DNA of 64,000 bases. Origin: Acidobacteriota bacterium (GTDB lineage: Bacteria; Acidobacteriota; Polarisedimenticolia; J045). The stretch is from the NCBI GenBank assembly GCA_046331425.1, contig JAXLQU010000013.1, positions 24,458 through 88,457 on the forward strand, written 5' to 3'. Positions 27,488 through 37,479 of the stretch are shown here, piece after piece. Each line of letters starts with the position of its first letter. Positions within the stretch are counted from its first letter, which is position 1. The notes beneath the pieces are model-generated. The model made no database searches. It was not told the origin of the DNA and saw nothing but the letters and a program-made list of their open reading frames with translations. The translations under genes and the position numbers were made by a program.

Positions 27488-28269
27488 AACGCGCCTACGC
27501 TCCTTGCAGAGGTGCAGCGGAATCGCCCATCGCACGCCGTGCTTTTGCTCTGCTTTCGTTCGTCGCGATACTTGCAATCACGGCGTGCAGGCCGCAGACA
27601 TCGCGCAGCTCTCCGCCGATTCTTCTATTCAACGGAGCCGGTGCATCACCAAACGATGTTTCCGCGCTCGAGTCCGTCCTGAAACGCGGTCAGCTTGACT
27701 ATTCCACCGTAGACTCTCGGCAGTTGAATGACATGAGCGAGTCGCGATTGATGTCATACCGGCTGTTGATCGTTCCGGGCGGGGACTTCATCGCCATCAG
27801 CAAAGGCCTAACGCCGACTACAACGGCGAAGATTCATGACGCTGTACAGAATGGACTGAACTATTTAGGGATCTGCGCAGGCGGCTTTTTTGCGGGACAT
27901 TTCGCCCCCAACAGCCTCAATCTCGCGTCGGGTGTGCAGTTCCAGTTTTACTCCGACGAGAGGCGAGGGATCCGCAAGAGTGCGGTTGCGATCTCAAGTG
28001 TTGACAAGCCTTCGCTCGAACACTACTGGGAGGATGGCCCGCAGTTCACGGGCTGGGGTGCGGTGGTTGGCAAGTATCCCGACGGCACTCCTGCCGTCGT
28101 CGAGGGCGCCTCCGGCAAGGGATGGGTAGTTCTCTGCGGCGTCCATCCTGAAGCGCCAGAGTCGTGGCGACGTGGGATGACGTTCACTACCTCTGCCAGC
28201 GACAGCAATGCCTTCGCTCTGACGCTTGTCGACGCCGCATTGCACCGTAAGGAATTGCCTCACTATTAG
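27484..28269 (+). CDS. BPL_N / class-I glutamine amidotransferase-like domain lipoprotein
   Basis: LLFNGAGASPNDVSALESVL…YRLLIVPGG…YLGICAGGFFA resembles the BPL_N domain. Signal with AITAC lipobox. ATG overlaps the previous stop. Confidence 0.55.
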   Translation: MKRAYAPCRGAAESPIARRAFALLSFVAILAITACRPQTSRSSPPILLFNGAGASPNDVSALESVLKRGQLDYSTVDSRQLNDMSESRLMSYRLLIVPGGDFIAISKGLTPTTTAKIHDAVQNGLNYLGICAGGFFAGHFAPNSLNLASGVQFQFYSDERRGIRKSAVAISSVDKPSLEHYWEDGPQFTGWGAVVGKYPDGTPAVVEGASGKGWVVLCGVHPEAPESWRRGMTFTTSASDSNAFALTLVDAALHRKELPHY

Positions 28270-28533
28270 TGAGCGACTCGCTTCGAAGTGAGCATCCAAG
28301 CTCGATGGTGACGCCATAGCCGTAGCGGTGGACAGGCGGTGAGGCTTTCGGTTCGAAATTCGGGGTCGTCCATCGAACCGACGAAGGCGATGACCATGTT
28401 CCGATGGCCCGAATCGGCTATTCCCCAACTCATGGCATCATACGAGGCAAATCTTCGGGTTGGTCGAACACGGCCTCGAATGATCGACCACTCGCTGTTC
28501 TACGCGACGACGTTTCGGCTACGGGAGACTCTC

Positions 28534-29187
28534 ATGCGTGCGTTCGTGCTCTCTGTCATCACATTGCTGTTCGCGGTCCCCTGCCACTCGCAAGAAACCT
28601 CGACTCCACGAGCGCCATTGCCTGATGCGGAGAAGTTGTCAGTTCCAGTTCCTGCAGTGCCTCAAATCTCGAAGTGGGAACTCGACCCAGAAAACTCCTC
28701 GGCCGGATTTGTCTGTAGGCACGTGTTCAGCAAGGTGCGCGGCATGTTCCCCCAGCCCTCTGGAACCCTCCTGCTGGACGAAACCACGCTCGCCAATTCC
28801 AAAATCACCGCGGCAATTGCTGTCAGCGGAATCACGACCGGCGTTGAGGAGCGCGATACACATCTGAAGAGCGCAGACTTCTTCGACGTCGCCAAGTACC
28901 CCACCATCACCTTCGTCTCGACGAGTTTTTCAAAGTCCAGCGCCACCTCGTACTCGGTAACGGGCAACTTGACCATGCACGGCGTGACCAAGCCGGTGAC
29001 GTTAGCGGTTACAGCCTCCCCTCCTTTCAACCATGCGGGGGGCATACGCCGTGGCATCGAAGCCACCACGTCCGTCAATCGAAAAGATTTCGGCCTTCGG
29101 TGGGAATTTCCAGGCGAGGGCGCCGGTATCGTCGTGGGCGACATCATCCAAATCACCATCGATGCAGAGTTGGTGCTTCTTCCCTAG
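28534..29187 (+). CDS. YceI family periplasmic protein
   Basis: Signal peptide. WELDPENSSAGFVCRHVFSKVRGMF…VTGNLTMHGVTKPV is the YceI pattern. Confidence 0.75.
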   Translation: MRAFVLSVITLLFAVPCHSQETSTPRAPLPDAEKLSVPVPAVPQISKWELDPENSSAGFVCRHVFSKVRGMFPQPSGTLLLDETTLANSKITAAIAVSGITTGVEERDTHLKSADFFDVAKYPTITFVSTSFSKSSATSYSVTGNLTMHGVTKPVTLAVTASPPFNHAGGIRRGIEATTSVNRKDFGLRWEFPGEGAGIVVGDIIQITIDAELVLLP

Positions 29188-29250
29188 CCGCCGCATCGCC
29201 TCTCCCGGTGGCGAAGCTCGGGAGAGCGAGGCAGAAAGGCACAGGCAAAC

Positions 29251-29814
29251 ATGAAAAACGCCAAAGAGTTGAAAGCACAGCAGCGCGAAGAACTGCTCGG
29301 CATCTTGAGCGCCCGCTTCGAGAGGCACAAAAACCGTCACAAGGGGATTGAATGGAACAAGGTGCAGGCGAAGCTGGAGTCGAACCCTCTGAAGCTATGG
29401 TCTCTGAGTGAAATGGAACGAACCGGCGGCGAGCCGGACGTTGTTGGCCATGACAAGAAGACGGGCGAGTTCATTTTCTATGACTGCTCCGCCGAAAGCC
29501 CCAAGGGGCGCCGAAGCGTCTGTTACGACCGCGAGGGCCTCGACTCGAGAAAAGAGTTCAAGCCGGAGAACAACGCCATAGAGATGGCGGAGGCCATGGG
29601 AGTCGAACTTCTGACCGAAGAGCAGTATCGAGAACTGCAGAGTTTTGGAGAGTTCGATACCAAAACGTCGAGCTGGGTGCAGACCCCCTCTGCCATCAGA
29701 AAACTCGGAGGCGCTCTTTTCGCCGATCGTCGCTACGACGCTGTCTTCGTGTATCACAACGGCGCGCCTTCGTACTATGCTGCGCGAGGTTTCCGTGCGT
29801 CGCTGAAGGTTTGA
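29251..29814 (+). CDS. DUF4256 domain protein
   Basis: 187 aa. N-terminal MKNAKELKAQQREELLGILSARFERHKNRHKGIEWNKV is as in DUF4256. Confidence 0.6.
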   Translation: MKNAKELKAQQREELLGILSARFERHKNRHKGIEWNKVQAKLESNPLKLWSLSEMERTGGEPDVVGHDKKTGEFIFYDCSAESPKGRRSVCYDREGLDSRKEFKPENNAIEMAEAMGVELLTEEQYRELQSFGEFDTKTSSWVQTPSAIRKLGGALFADRRYDAVFVYHNGAPSYYAARGFRASLKV

Positions 29815-29859
29815 GTTGTGCGCAGTCGTGTTGTCGCGATGGATGACAGGAGTCCTGTG

Positions 29860-30342
29860 ATGCGAAAGGTGACGTTGGCAGTAATGGCTGTGGTGCTCCT
29901 CATGCTGGGACAGGCGCAGTCGGAGTCTTCCAAGTCCCATCCGGTTGACGTTGGATTCGGTCATGTTGCTTGGTTCGATATCACGACAACCGATCTGGCG
30001 AAGTCCAAGGAGTTCTACGCGAAACTCTTCGGCTGGGCTTTCAGTCCGGTGCAAGGAACAGATCTGGCCGTGGAGATCGTCGCAAGCGGGACATCGATCG
30101 GAACGATACGGGTCGCGGAAGGCGCGATTAGTGCGTACAACGGCGTGGTCTACGTTCAGGTCAGCGACATTCAGGCAAGCTGCAAGAAGGCGACAGAACT
30201 TGGTGCGAAGGTTGTACCGGGGTTTCCCTTCGATCTGCCGAGCGGAACCGGCGCCATCGGGCTGTTCTTGGATCCAGCCGGTCACCCAATGGGGATGTAT
30301 TCCAGAACGCCGATCGCGCCTGCGAAGCCCGCGGGCAAGTAA
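29860..30342 (+). CDS. VOC family protein with signal peptide
   Basis: MRKVTLAVMAVVLLML… followed by a glyoxalase-like core (HVAWFDITTTDLAKSKEFYAKLFGW). Confidence 0.65.
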   Translation: MRKVTLAVMAVVLLMLGQAQSESSKSHPVDVGFGHVAWFDITTTDLAKSKEFYAKLFGWAFSPVQGTDLAVEIVASGTSIGTIRVAEGAISAYNGVVYVQVSDIQASCKKATELGAKVVPGFPFDLPSGTGAIGLFLDPAGHPMGMYSRTPIAPAKPAGK

Positions 30343-30481
30343 GGTTGACGTCAACCACTGCGTTTCTTTTTGGGCAAGGCTTCGAGGCTGGGTGTCGTGA
30401 AAAGATTCATCTGCCGTTCGTGCGGAAGGATCCTGCTTTGCGGCGATCCGACAGCCTAGAGAAAGCACTCTCGGAGGCGCG

Positions 30482-30916
30482 ATGGAGCCAATCATCGACC
30501 ACCTGCAAATTACCGTGAGAGACATGGCGGTTGCCGTACCGTTTTACGACAAGCTCATGCCGCTACTCGGCTTCAGCCTGCAGAAAAGATCAGCCGCGAC
30601 CATCGCAGCGCACGACTTTCACGTGGTTGAGTACAGCCATCCGCGGCTCGCGTTTGCCATCAGCTCCGCGCGATCGGCGTTCCAACAAGAGCACGTTCAT
30701 CGAAGGCGACCTGGCTCGCTGCATCATCTTGCGTTTCGTGTCAAAGCGCGCGAGGAGGTCGATGCGATGCACGAAGCGGTCGTTGGAATCGGAGCGGTGA
30801 TCGTGGCGCCGCCACGCGAGTATCCGGAGTACACGCCTGCGGGGTACTACGCGTTTTTCTTCAAAGACCTCGAGGGGATCAAGTACGAAGTCGTGTGTCA
30901 CGCGGAATCTGGCTGA
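30482..30916 (+). CDS. VOC family protein
   Basis: IDHLQITVRDMAVAVPFYDKLM…HHLAFRV is a glyoxalase-fold signature. Confidence 0.68.
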   Translation: MEPIIDHLQITVRDMAVAVPFYDKLMPLLGFSLQKRSAATIAAHDFHVVEYSHPRLAFAISSARSAFQQEHVHRRRPGSLHHLAFRVKAREEVDAMHEAVVGIGAVIVAPPREYPEYTPAGYYAFFFKDLEGIKYEVVCHAESG

Positions 30917-30958
30917 TGCTCTCCGGCCACCTCAACTCGATGTCTTGCTAGGAGTCAC

Positions 30959-31558
30959 ATGGCTTGGTACTCATACACGCTTGCGTTTGCCATTCCGGCT
31001 GACGATGCGGCCAAGATATCGGACGCCGCTGCACTTCAGAGTGCTTGGTCGGAAGGGACACCGTTCATCCATACGGCTTCGAGGAACGGAACGCTTTTGG
31101 CAACGCTGCAGGCGATATGCACGCAGTGGCAGCGCGGCGATGGCTTGTATCTTCATCGGAACTTCGCCAGGCTGGAGCGCAACGACATCGACGCCGCGCT
31201 TGCGGAAGTGAAAGCGCTCCTCGACAGCATCGACAACAACCCCTCGATCGTCGTGGAGGCCACCAAGGTCTCCTACACACCAACCATCACGCTTCACTCC
31301 GCAGGGTTCCAACCGCTTCAGGCCGAGATGGTTTACCCCAGCGATGCCGTCATCAAGGATGGCTACGTTTACTTGCACACAGAAGACCAGGTCCGAAAGC
31401 TATTGGGCGAGGCGGTTGCATCGCAGAACCCTTGCCCCGTCGGCGACGACGATGGCGAAAGCCTCGAGTACGTCTTCGGTTTCTTGAAATCGCATCTTCG
31501 GCTACTGCAAATGGCGGCCGAGGAGAAACTTGTCGTTGTTTATGGTGAGCTGAACTAG
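30959..31558 (+). CDS. Hypothetical protein (199 aa)
   Basis: ORF only. Confidence 0.45.
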   Translation: MAWYSYTLAFAIPADDAAKISDAAALQSAWSEGTPFIHTASRNGTLLATLQAICTQWQRGDGLYLHRNFARLERNDIDAALAEVKALLDSIDNNPSIVVEATKVSYTPTITLHSAGFQPLQAEMVYPSDAVIKDGYVYLHTEDQVRKLLGEAVASQNPCPVGDDDGESLEYVFGFLKSHLRLLQMAAEEKLVVVYGELN

Positions 31559-31616
31559 AACCTGCCGCGACGTGCCAGGCTGTTGAGAGCGTGGGTTCTG
31601 TTTTGTTGGAGAGATC

Positions 31617-32144
31617 ATGAGTCATACGCCTATCTCGCCCGATGATTCCCAACTCGCACGGCTGATTGCCGAGGACCTCGGGGTTGCTCGTAGCTACCGC
31701 CACATCGGCAAGCAGGTGTCGTGCTCGAGCCCGTTGCAACTGACGTCTGCGGCGGTCAAGTGGTACGAGGTTTTTCCGCCCGATCGACCGATCCCGGAGG
31801 CTGTCAGACAACTCGCACGCAGCCCGCTTTTGAGTGGTGCCGTAGACGTCAGGGGGCTCGGGTTCGTGATTCTTCACCGCTGCAACGCTGACTTCTACTT
31901 CTTGATTGCTTGCACGTGGCGCAATGAGAATGAGGTGTGGGAAACGGTTTGGTACAAGAACGGCAACGCGATGCCGGAGTTTGCACCGTTTTCGCGAGAC
32001 GAATCCCACAAGCCGACCTTCTGCGTGTGGGAACTTGTGCCGCTCTGGCATGAGCAGCAGGCGTGGATCCGCTTTCTCTTGTCGGCGCGCGACGCCATGG
32101 CGGCCCGGCATTGGCTCGACGACGTGTATCAGGGACAAGCATGA
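31617..32144 (+). CDS. Hypothetical protein (175 aa)
   Basis: ORF only. Confidence 0.45.
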   Translation: MSHTPISPDDSQLARLIAEDLGVARSYRHIGKQVSCSSPLQLTSAAVKWYEVFPPDRPIPEAVRQLARSPLLSGAVDVRGLGFVILHRCNADFYFLIACTWRNENEVWETVWYKNGNAMPEFAPFSRDESHKPTFCVWELVPLWHEQQAWIRFLLSARDAMAARHWLDDVYQGQA

Positions 32145-32251
32145 GAAATGTGCGAGCACGTCGGTGGGACAACACGGCGCTAAGCCGTCGATTACAGTCG
32201 ACCACCGACCGCCTCGGTAGCGGCTGAAGTCGTGCCCTAGTTACGTTCACG

Positions 32252-32776
32252 ATGCGCATTCATGTCACAGGCGCTTCTGGTTCCGGCACGTCGACGCTGG
32301 GCGCCGCGCTCGCGGCGAGGCTCGGCTACTTGCACCTCGACGCAGATGACTATTACTGGATACCGACGACTCCGCCGTTCACAACCAAGCGCGCCGCGCC
32401 CGAACGACTCTCACGTGTGCTTGCCGATTTGAACTCAAGCGAAGACTCGATCCTTGCGGGGTCGATCGTTGGTTGGGGCGCCGAGTTGGAGAACTGTTTC
32501 GACCTCATTGTTTTTCTGTATGTCGAGGCTGACGTGCGGGTCGAGCGCTTGAAGAAGAGGGAACTCGAACTGTTTGGCCATGCGAATCCCGCGTTTCTCG
32601 AGTGGGCAGCGCAGTACGACGAGGGACTATTGGAAGGTCGTAGCCTTGCAAAGCACCGAGCCTGGCTTGCTGCCAGGACCTGCCCTGTCGTCGAGATTCG
32701 TGGAGTTCATGCGGTCGACGACCTGGTTGCCTTGGTGTTGCGTGCGGCCAACAAGGAGAGTCGCGAGATGCCTTAG
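32252..32776 (+). CDS. P-loop NTPase (adenylate/shikimate-kinase-like AAA family ATPase)
   Basis: MRIHVTGASGSGTSTLGAALAARLG has a Walker A at the N-terminus. About 174 aa. Confidence 0.62.
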   Translation: MRIHVTGASGSGTSTLGAALAARLGYLHLDADDYYWIPTTPPFTTKRAAPERLSRVLADLNSSEDSILAGSIVGWGAELENCFDLIVFLYVEADVRVERLKKRELELFGHANPAFLEWAAQYDEGLLEGRSLAKHRAWLAARTCPVVEIRGVHAVDDLVALVLRAANKESREMP

Positions 32777-32915
32777 GAGCGAGGTATTAAGTCGACACCT
32801 CGCTCGACTTCAAATCGCCGGCCGAGCATGAGAGGATTTGCGCACCCTGCCCGATGGCGGCATCAAAAGGGCGTCCGCTCTGCTTACGGAGCCCAGAAAA
32901 AGGAGGCCGTGAGGT

Positions 32916-34163
32916 ATGCCGACGAGTACACAAACCTTCGCGACGCAAGGGCAAACACCATCGATCGGGATTGTGGGTGGCGGCCCTGCTTCATTGACGC
33001 TGGCCATCGCCCTGGCGCGTCGCGGGATGAACACGACGGTGTTCGAAAGAGACGTCCATCCCGATATCGCGCCGCGCTTTCATCCCGATCGCTCGTACAC
33101 GATCGATACGTCTGGTCACGGGCTCCGTGCGCTGCGCCACATCGACGCCACCGCTCACTTCGACGAGCGAATGAACCGCTTCAAGGGGATCAAGATCCTG
33201 GGAAAGTACTCGGAGGATTGGAACGAGCCTGCCTGGACGGCGTCGCGCGGCGACTACCAGCGAGCGCTCGTGGCGATTATCAACGCCCGGCACCCTGATC
33301 GGGTTGCGCTCCACTTCGAGGCCAACGTCGCCGCAGTAGACATCCACAAGGGAACTGTAACAACGCAGCAGAAGTCTGAAGCCGCTACCACCCACTCCTT
33401 CGATCTTGTAGTAGGCGGGGACGGCGCGGGCTCCGTCGTGCGCCACGCACTGGAGCAACAGTGGCCTGGGTTTACTGTCACCACGAAGTCGTATCCCATG
33501 TACTGCACGGTGGTTGAACTGGATCGAGTTGATAGCCAGCTCGACCGACACTACTTGCACATGTTCTCGATCTATCCCTTCGTTGTCGCCGGTGCGATTC
33601 GGGGCGACGCGGGCCCTGACTCCAACAGGTGGTTCTGCGCGGTGTGCACGAATCGCGAGTTGAAGTTCGCATCGCCGCGCGAGGCGAACGACTATCTGCG
33701 GGCGCGGAGCCCGCGCGTGCTCGAGTTCGCTACCGAGAAGGCCGTCGCCGAGTTTGCTCAGCGCAAGTGCTATCACATCGGTCGCTCCTTGACGTGCTCG
33801 CAGCTCCATGGAGGGAAGGCCGTGCTCGTCGGCGATGCCGCAGCCGCGTTCCCACCCATCGGTCAGGGTCTTAACGCCGCCCTGGAGTCTTCAATGCTGC
33901 TGGATCAGACGATTGGAGAAGTCGGCGGCTCGCCCGCAAGCTTGCTCGACGCTGCGAGCGCTTTCACCACGAAGTGGAAGCCGGAGGCGGAAGCGGCGGC
34001 CTGGATAGCCGAACGGCATCTTGCTGAGAATCGATGGCACAATTTGCGGGCTCAGGTGACTCGGATGCTATTCGGCCTCAGTGTCGTTGGCGAAACCAAA
34101 CGCTCCGACATCTCCTACACGGAGGTCAAACGTAAGGCGCAGCGTTGTTGGCCCTTGTGGTGA
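32916..34163 (+). CDS. FAD-dependent aromatic-ring monooxygenase (kynurenine 3-monooxygenase / salicylate hydroxylase-like)
   Basis: IGIVGGGPASLTLAIALARRG, DLVVGGDGAGSVVR and GKAVLVGDAAAAFPPIGQGLN are the three classic flavin-monooxygenase motifs. Confidence 0.8.
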   Translation: MPTSTQTFATQGQTPSIGIVGGGPASLTLAIALARRGMNTTVFERDVHPDIAPRFHPDRSYTIDTSGHGLRALRHIDATAHFDERMNRFKGIKILGKYSEDWNEPAWTASRGDYQRALVAIINARHPDRVALHFEANVAAVDIHKGTVTTQQKSEAATTHSFDLVVGGDGAGSVVRHALEQQWPGFTVTTKSYPMYCTVVELDRVDSQLDRHYLHMFSIYPFVVAGAIRGDAGPDSNRWFCAVCTNRELKFASPREANDYLRARSPRVLEFATEKAVAEFAQRKCYHIGRSLTCSQLHGGKAVLVGDAAAAFPPIGQGLNAALESSMLLDQTIGEVGGSPASLLDAASAFTTKWKPEAEAAAWIAERHLAENRWHNLRAQVTRMLFGLSVVGETKRSDISYTEVKRKAQRCWPLW

Positions 34164-34191
34164 GAATCGGGGCTTTGAGTTGAAGAGAGTG

Positions 34192-34308
34192 ATGCGAGTT
34201 GCCGCCCTTTACGATATCCACGCGAATCAACCTGCTCTCGACGCGGTACTTCAAGAGGTGCGCTGCGCGGGGGTTGATTGTTTCGTGATCGGGGGGCATG
34301 TCAGATGA
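34192..34308 (+). pseudogene. N-terminal fragment (38 codons) of a metallophosphoesterase gene
   Basis: MRVAALYDIHANQPALDAVLQEVRCAGVDCFVIGGHVR* matches the calcineurin-like phosphoesterase N-terminus. It stops where the GNAT gene begins. Confidence 0.45.
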
Positions 34309-34751
34309 CAACTCGAGACGCTCCGAGACAGGCTGTTCGCGCAGACATCTCTGGCATGCATCGAGTTCGCATGGCGGTGCGTGAGAATCGCTTGGTTTCG
34401 ACCGTCATCACCGAGGCTGACTACATCCGCGAGATCGAAGTGACCGGCCGAGGTTGGGTTGCGGAAGATCGCGGCGTTGTCGTGGGCTTCGCCATCGGCA
34501 ACAAAGTCACCGGCAACATCTGGGCGTTGTTCGTCGATCCTGACCACGAGGGCCGTGGTCATGGTCGTCGCTTGCACGACACAATGGTCCGGTGGCTGTT
34601 TGACGAGGGGCTCACGAGGTTGCAGCTAAGCACCGACCCCAATACGCGCGCGAGGCGATTCTATGAGCGTGCCGGCTGGTCGTTTGTGCGTGTGCTTCCC
34701 AGTGGGGAGGCCGAGTTTCAGCTTCTCAGGTCGATGATTAGGAGCCTCTAG
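34305..34751 (+). CDS. GNAT family N-acetyltransferase
   Basis: VVGFAIGNKVTGNIWALFVDPDHEGRGHGRRLHD…FYERAGW is the GNAT acetyl-CoA-binding motif region. Start is uncertain (34278 or 34305). Confidence 0.65.
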   Translation: MTTRDAPRQAVRADISGMHRVRMAVRENRLVSTVITEADYIREIEVTGRGWVAEDRGVVVGFAIGNKVTGNIWALFVDPDHEGRGHGRRLHDTMVRWLFDEGLTRLQLSTDPNTRARRFYERAGWSFVRVLPSGEAEFQLLRSMIRSL

Positions 34752-34970
34752 GCTCGAAGGAAGTCTGCCCAGAATGCGCGATCGAAGGGGAGATTTTCGT
34801 CAATTCCGGCCGCTGAGCGCTCAGTCCGGCCGGTCATCGGACAAAAGCTAGGCGCCATCGCGGCCTCTCGATACGTTCCCACGCGCACCACGAGTCACGG
34901 AGATAACACCAAGCATGCCACTCGAGCTCGACGAGTTTGCGGCGCAGCACGCGGACAAAGAGGAGATCTC

Positions 34971-35330
34971 ATGACACGACAGTTTTGGTCTGACCTTGTT
35001 CCAAGTTTGATCGTTGCACTTGGAGTCGTCGCAGCGACATACGTCGCGTCGTTGACCACCGAGTCTGGTTGGTTGGTGATGATGGGGCCGCTCTTGCTGG
35101 CGCTTGCCGTTGTGAGCGCAGACCTGTTGGCTGCGCGACTTCGGGGCGGATCGTTAGCCCCGAGTCCGGCGGCGTTGATTCTCTCGGGCACATCTGTCCT
35201 GGCCAGCGCGATCGTGGCGTTCCGCGACCCGAGTGACGTTGCGACGCTCATCCCGATCGTTGGCGCCGGGTCGTGGGTCACGCTGCTGATGCTTCCCGAC
35301 AACCGACGCAAAGCATGCCGTAGCATCTAG
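34971..35330 (+). CDS. Small hydrophobic membrane protein, hypothetical
   Basis: 119 aa with three predicted TM helices. Sits in the intergenic gap. Confidence 0.35.
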   Translation: MTRQFWSDLVPSLIVALGVVAATYVASLTTESGWLVMMGPLLLALAVVSADLLAARLRGGSLAPSPAALILSGTSVLASAIVAFRDPSDVATLIPIVGAGSWVTLLMLPDNRRKACRSI

Positions 35331-35535
35331 TGCCGGCTCGTTCGCGAGACCTCGCTCGGCAATGGACCGTACGTGTTTCCCGGGCCGACGTGGCCGACTT
35401 CATGTTGAATCAGTTGGAATCCGACCTGTATCTTCGAGCCGCACCGAGCGTCGATCGAGCGGCGCAAGTCTCGCCGGGTCGAACCAGGCACGACTCCTGA
35501 AGCGACCCGGGAGTGCGACCGAAAGGAGCTGGAAC

Positions 35536-36372
35536 ATGAATTACCTCGAGGAGATCGACTACACGGTTGCTGGATTCTCCGAGCTGTTCGACGAGCTTCC
35601 GCTTTGGTCGGCGCCGTTTGGGTTGATGCTGCTCGATCGCGTTCCAGTGAAGGCGGGCGCCACGATACTGGATGTTGGAACCGGGACCGGGTTACTTGCG
35701 CTCGAGCTTGCCGAGCGTTGCGGCCCAACCACGAAGGTCATTGCGGTCGACCCGTGGAAGGATGCAATGGATCGGCTTCGTCGCAAGATCGGTCAGCGGC
35801 GACTCGAGAACATTCAACTGTTCGAGCAGGATGTTGTGACAATCGAGCTGCCCGATGCGTCGGTCGACATCGTCGTGTCGAATCTTGGCGTCAACAACTT
35901 CGACAACCCTGGTGCAGTGCTCCGCACATGCTATCGCGTTGCCAAACCTGGTGCCGAGCTGCTGCTGACAACCAATGTCGTGGGTCACATGGCTGAGTTT
36001 TACGACGTGTATCGGTCGGTCTTGATTGAACTTGGGCAGTCCGGTCGCTTGGCGGCGCTGGATGCGCAGATCAATCACCGCGGTACCGTCGATTCGGTGT
36101 CGGAGTTGGTGCACGCAGCCGGGTTCAACGTCGTCGATGTCGTCACGAGTTCGTTTCGGATGAGATTCGCCAGCGGGTCGTCGTTGCTGCGCCATTTCTT
36201 CATTCGACTTGGCTTTGTGCAGGGATGGAAGTCGGTGGTAGCCGAGGATCTCGCGCAGCCGGTATTCGATAGACTCGAGCAGCGGCTGAACGCCGTCGCA
36301 AAAGAGCGTGGCGAGCTTGCGCTGACGATCCCGATGGCGTGCTTGGTGGCGCGTAAGCCGGCGGCTCGTTAG
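35536..36372 (+). CDS. Class I SAM-dependent methyltransferase
   Basis: ILDVGTGTGLLALELAERCG (motif I), VDIVVSNLGVNNF. ATG 35536 follows AAGGAG. Confidence 0.75.
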   Translation: MNYLEEIDYTVAGFSELFDELPLWSAPFGLMLLDRVPVKAGATILDVGTGTGLLALELAERCGPTTKVIAVDPWKDAMDRLRRKIGQRRLENIQLFEQDVVTIELPDASVDIVVSNLGVNNFDNPGAVLRTCYRVAKPGAELLLTTNVVGHMAEFYDVYRSVLIELGQSGRLAALDAQINHRGTVDSVSELVHAAGFNVVDVVTSSFRMRFASGSSLLRHFFIRLGFVQGWKSVVAEDLAQPVFDRLEQRLNAVAKERGELALTIPMACLVARKPAAR

Positions 36373-36478
36373 CAAACAAAGTACGCGGCGGCCCTCGAGA
36401 TTCAGCCGCGCAGTCGGTTATAGTCCATCGGCACTCTGCAGCACCGCATGTCAAAGGGGATCGATTGGGGGATAGCCT

Positions 36479-36895
36479 ATGACCATTACCGGCGGTTGCC
36501 TCTGCGGCGCAGTTCGTTACGAAGTTCACGGGTCGTTTCTGCGGGCCGGTCATTGCCATTGCTCGCGCTGTCGCCGTCACTCCGGCACCGCGGTCTGCAC
36601 GCAGGGCCGTGTCAAACGCGAGGACTTCCGTTTGATTTCCGGCGCCGGGTTCATACGCTGCTATCAACCATCCGGCGGCAGCGTCAAAGCGTTTTGCCTG
36701 ATGTGTGGATCGAGCCTGTTCGGCGGCACATGGCCGGAAGGACCCGAGGTGTCGATTCGCTTGGGGAGTGTGGACGGCGACCCTGGAATTCGGCCGCAGT
36801 TTCATACGTTCGTTGGGTCGAAGGCTCCGTGGGACGAGATTCTGGATGACCTTCCGCAGTATGAGGAATCGCGGCCGCCGGAAAGCTTGCCGTGA
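36479..36895 (+). CDS. GFA family protein (CENP-V / glutathione-dependent formaldehyde-activating domain)
   Basis: ITGGCLCGAVRYEV…GHCHCSRCRR…CLMCGSSLF is the Cys-rich GFA signature. Confidence 0.75.
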   Translation: MTITGGCLCGAVRYEVHGSFLRAGHCHCSRCRRHSGTAVCTQGRVKREDFRLISGAGFIRCYQPSGGSVKAFCLMCGSSLFGGTWPEGPEVSIRLGSVDGDPGIRPQFHTFVGSKAPWDEILDDLPQYEESRPPESLP

Positions 36896-37041
36896 ACACG
36901 CGATGTCTGGTGCCTTTTTTATGGTTACGTCGCTTGCCGGCGCGTTCGCCGGACCAAGCCGCTTGCGCATGCGCGAACGATCTTCAGCATCGTCGGACTT
37001 ATGAAAAGAGTTGTTAACCCCTCAGGGGCTTCGCGATAGTA

Positions 37042-37479
37042 TTGGCAGGCGTCGTTGTGTTGGGGAGGGGCTCTGTGAGAACACGATGTCTTTTGCCGGT
37101 ACTGATCACAGTCTGGCTTGGTTGTGCGTCATCCGAGGTCTATCGCCCTGTTCGCCCCGTCACAGTGGAGCGATTCGAACTCGCCGACACCAGCCTGCAG
37201 TGCACGCCACTGACTGCGCCAACACTCATCGGTGCTCCTCGTTCGACGACCCCCGAGTCGATCGCGAGTCAAAGACATACTGAGGGCGTTGCGGTCGTCA
37301 AAGCCCTCGTTGGAAACGGTGGCACCGTGAAGTCAGTCACGATCACAGAAGCATCCAATGACGATTTTGCTGCGCACGTCGCGGGCGCAGTTTTCCAGTA
37401 CCGGTATGGACCGGCGCTATGCAACGGGAGACCTGTCGAGTTCATTGTCAGCGTTCGGTCGACCTTTCGAGTCTCTTGA
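37042..37479 (+). CDS. TonB C-terminal-domain-like lipoprotein
   Basis: EGVAVVKALVGNGGTVKSVTITEASNDDFAAHVAGAVFQYRYGPALCNGRPVEF resembles TonB_C. N-terminal signal with Cys. Confidence 0.45.
   Translation: MAGVVVLGRGSVRTRCLLPVLITVWLGCASSEVYRPVRPVTVERFELADTSLQCTPLTAPTLIGAPRSTTPESIASQRHTEGVAVVKALVGNGGTVKSVTITEASNDDFAAHVAGAVFQYRYGPALCNGRPVEFIVSVRSTFRVS

Noticed and set aside
28340-28380. ggttcgaaattcgg resembling a tRNA T-arm
   Set aside because: The flanking bases do not form the T-stem, and no acceptor or anticodon arms are present. No tRNA was recognised anywhere in the window.
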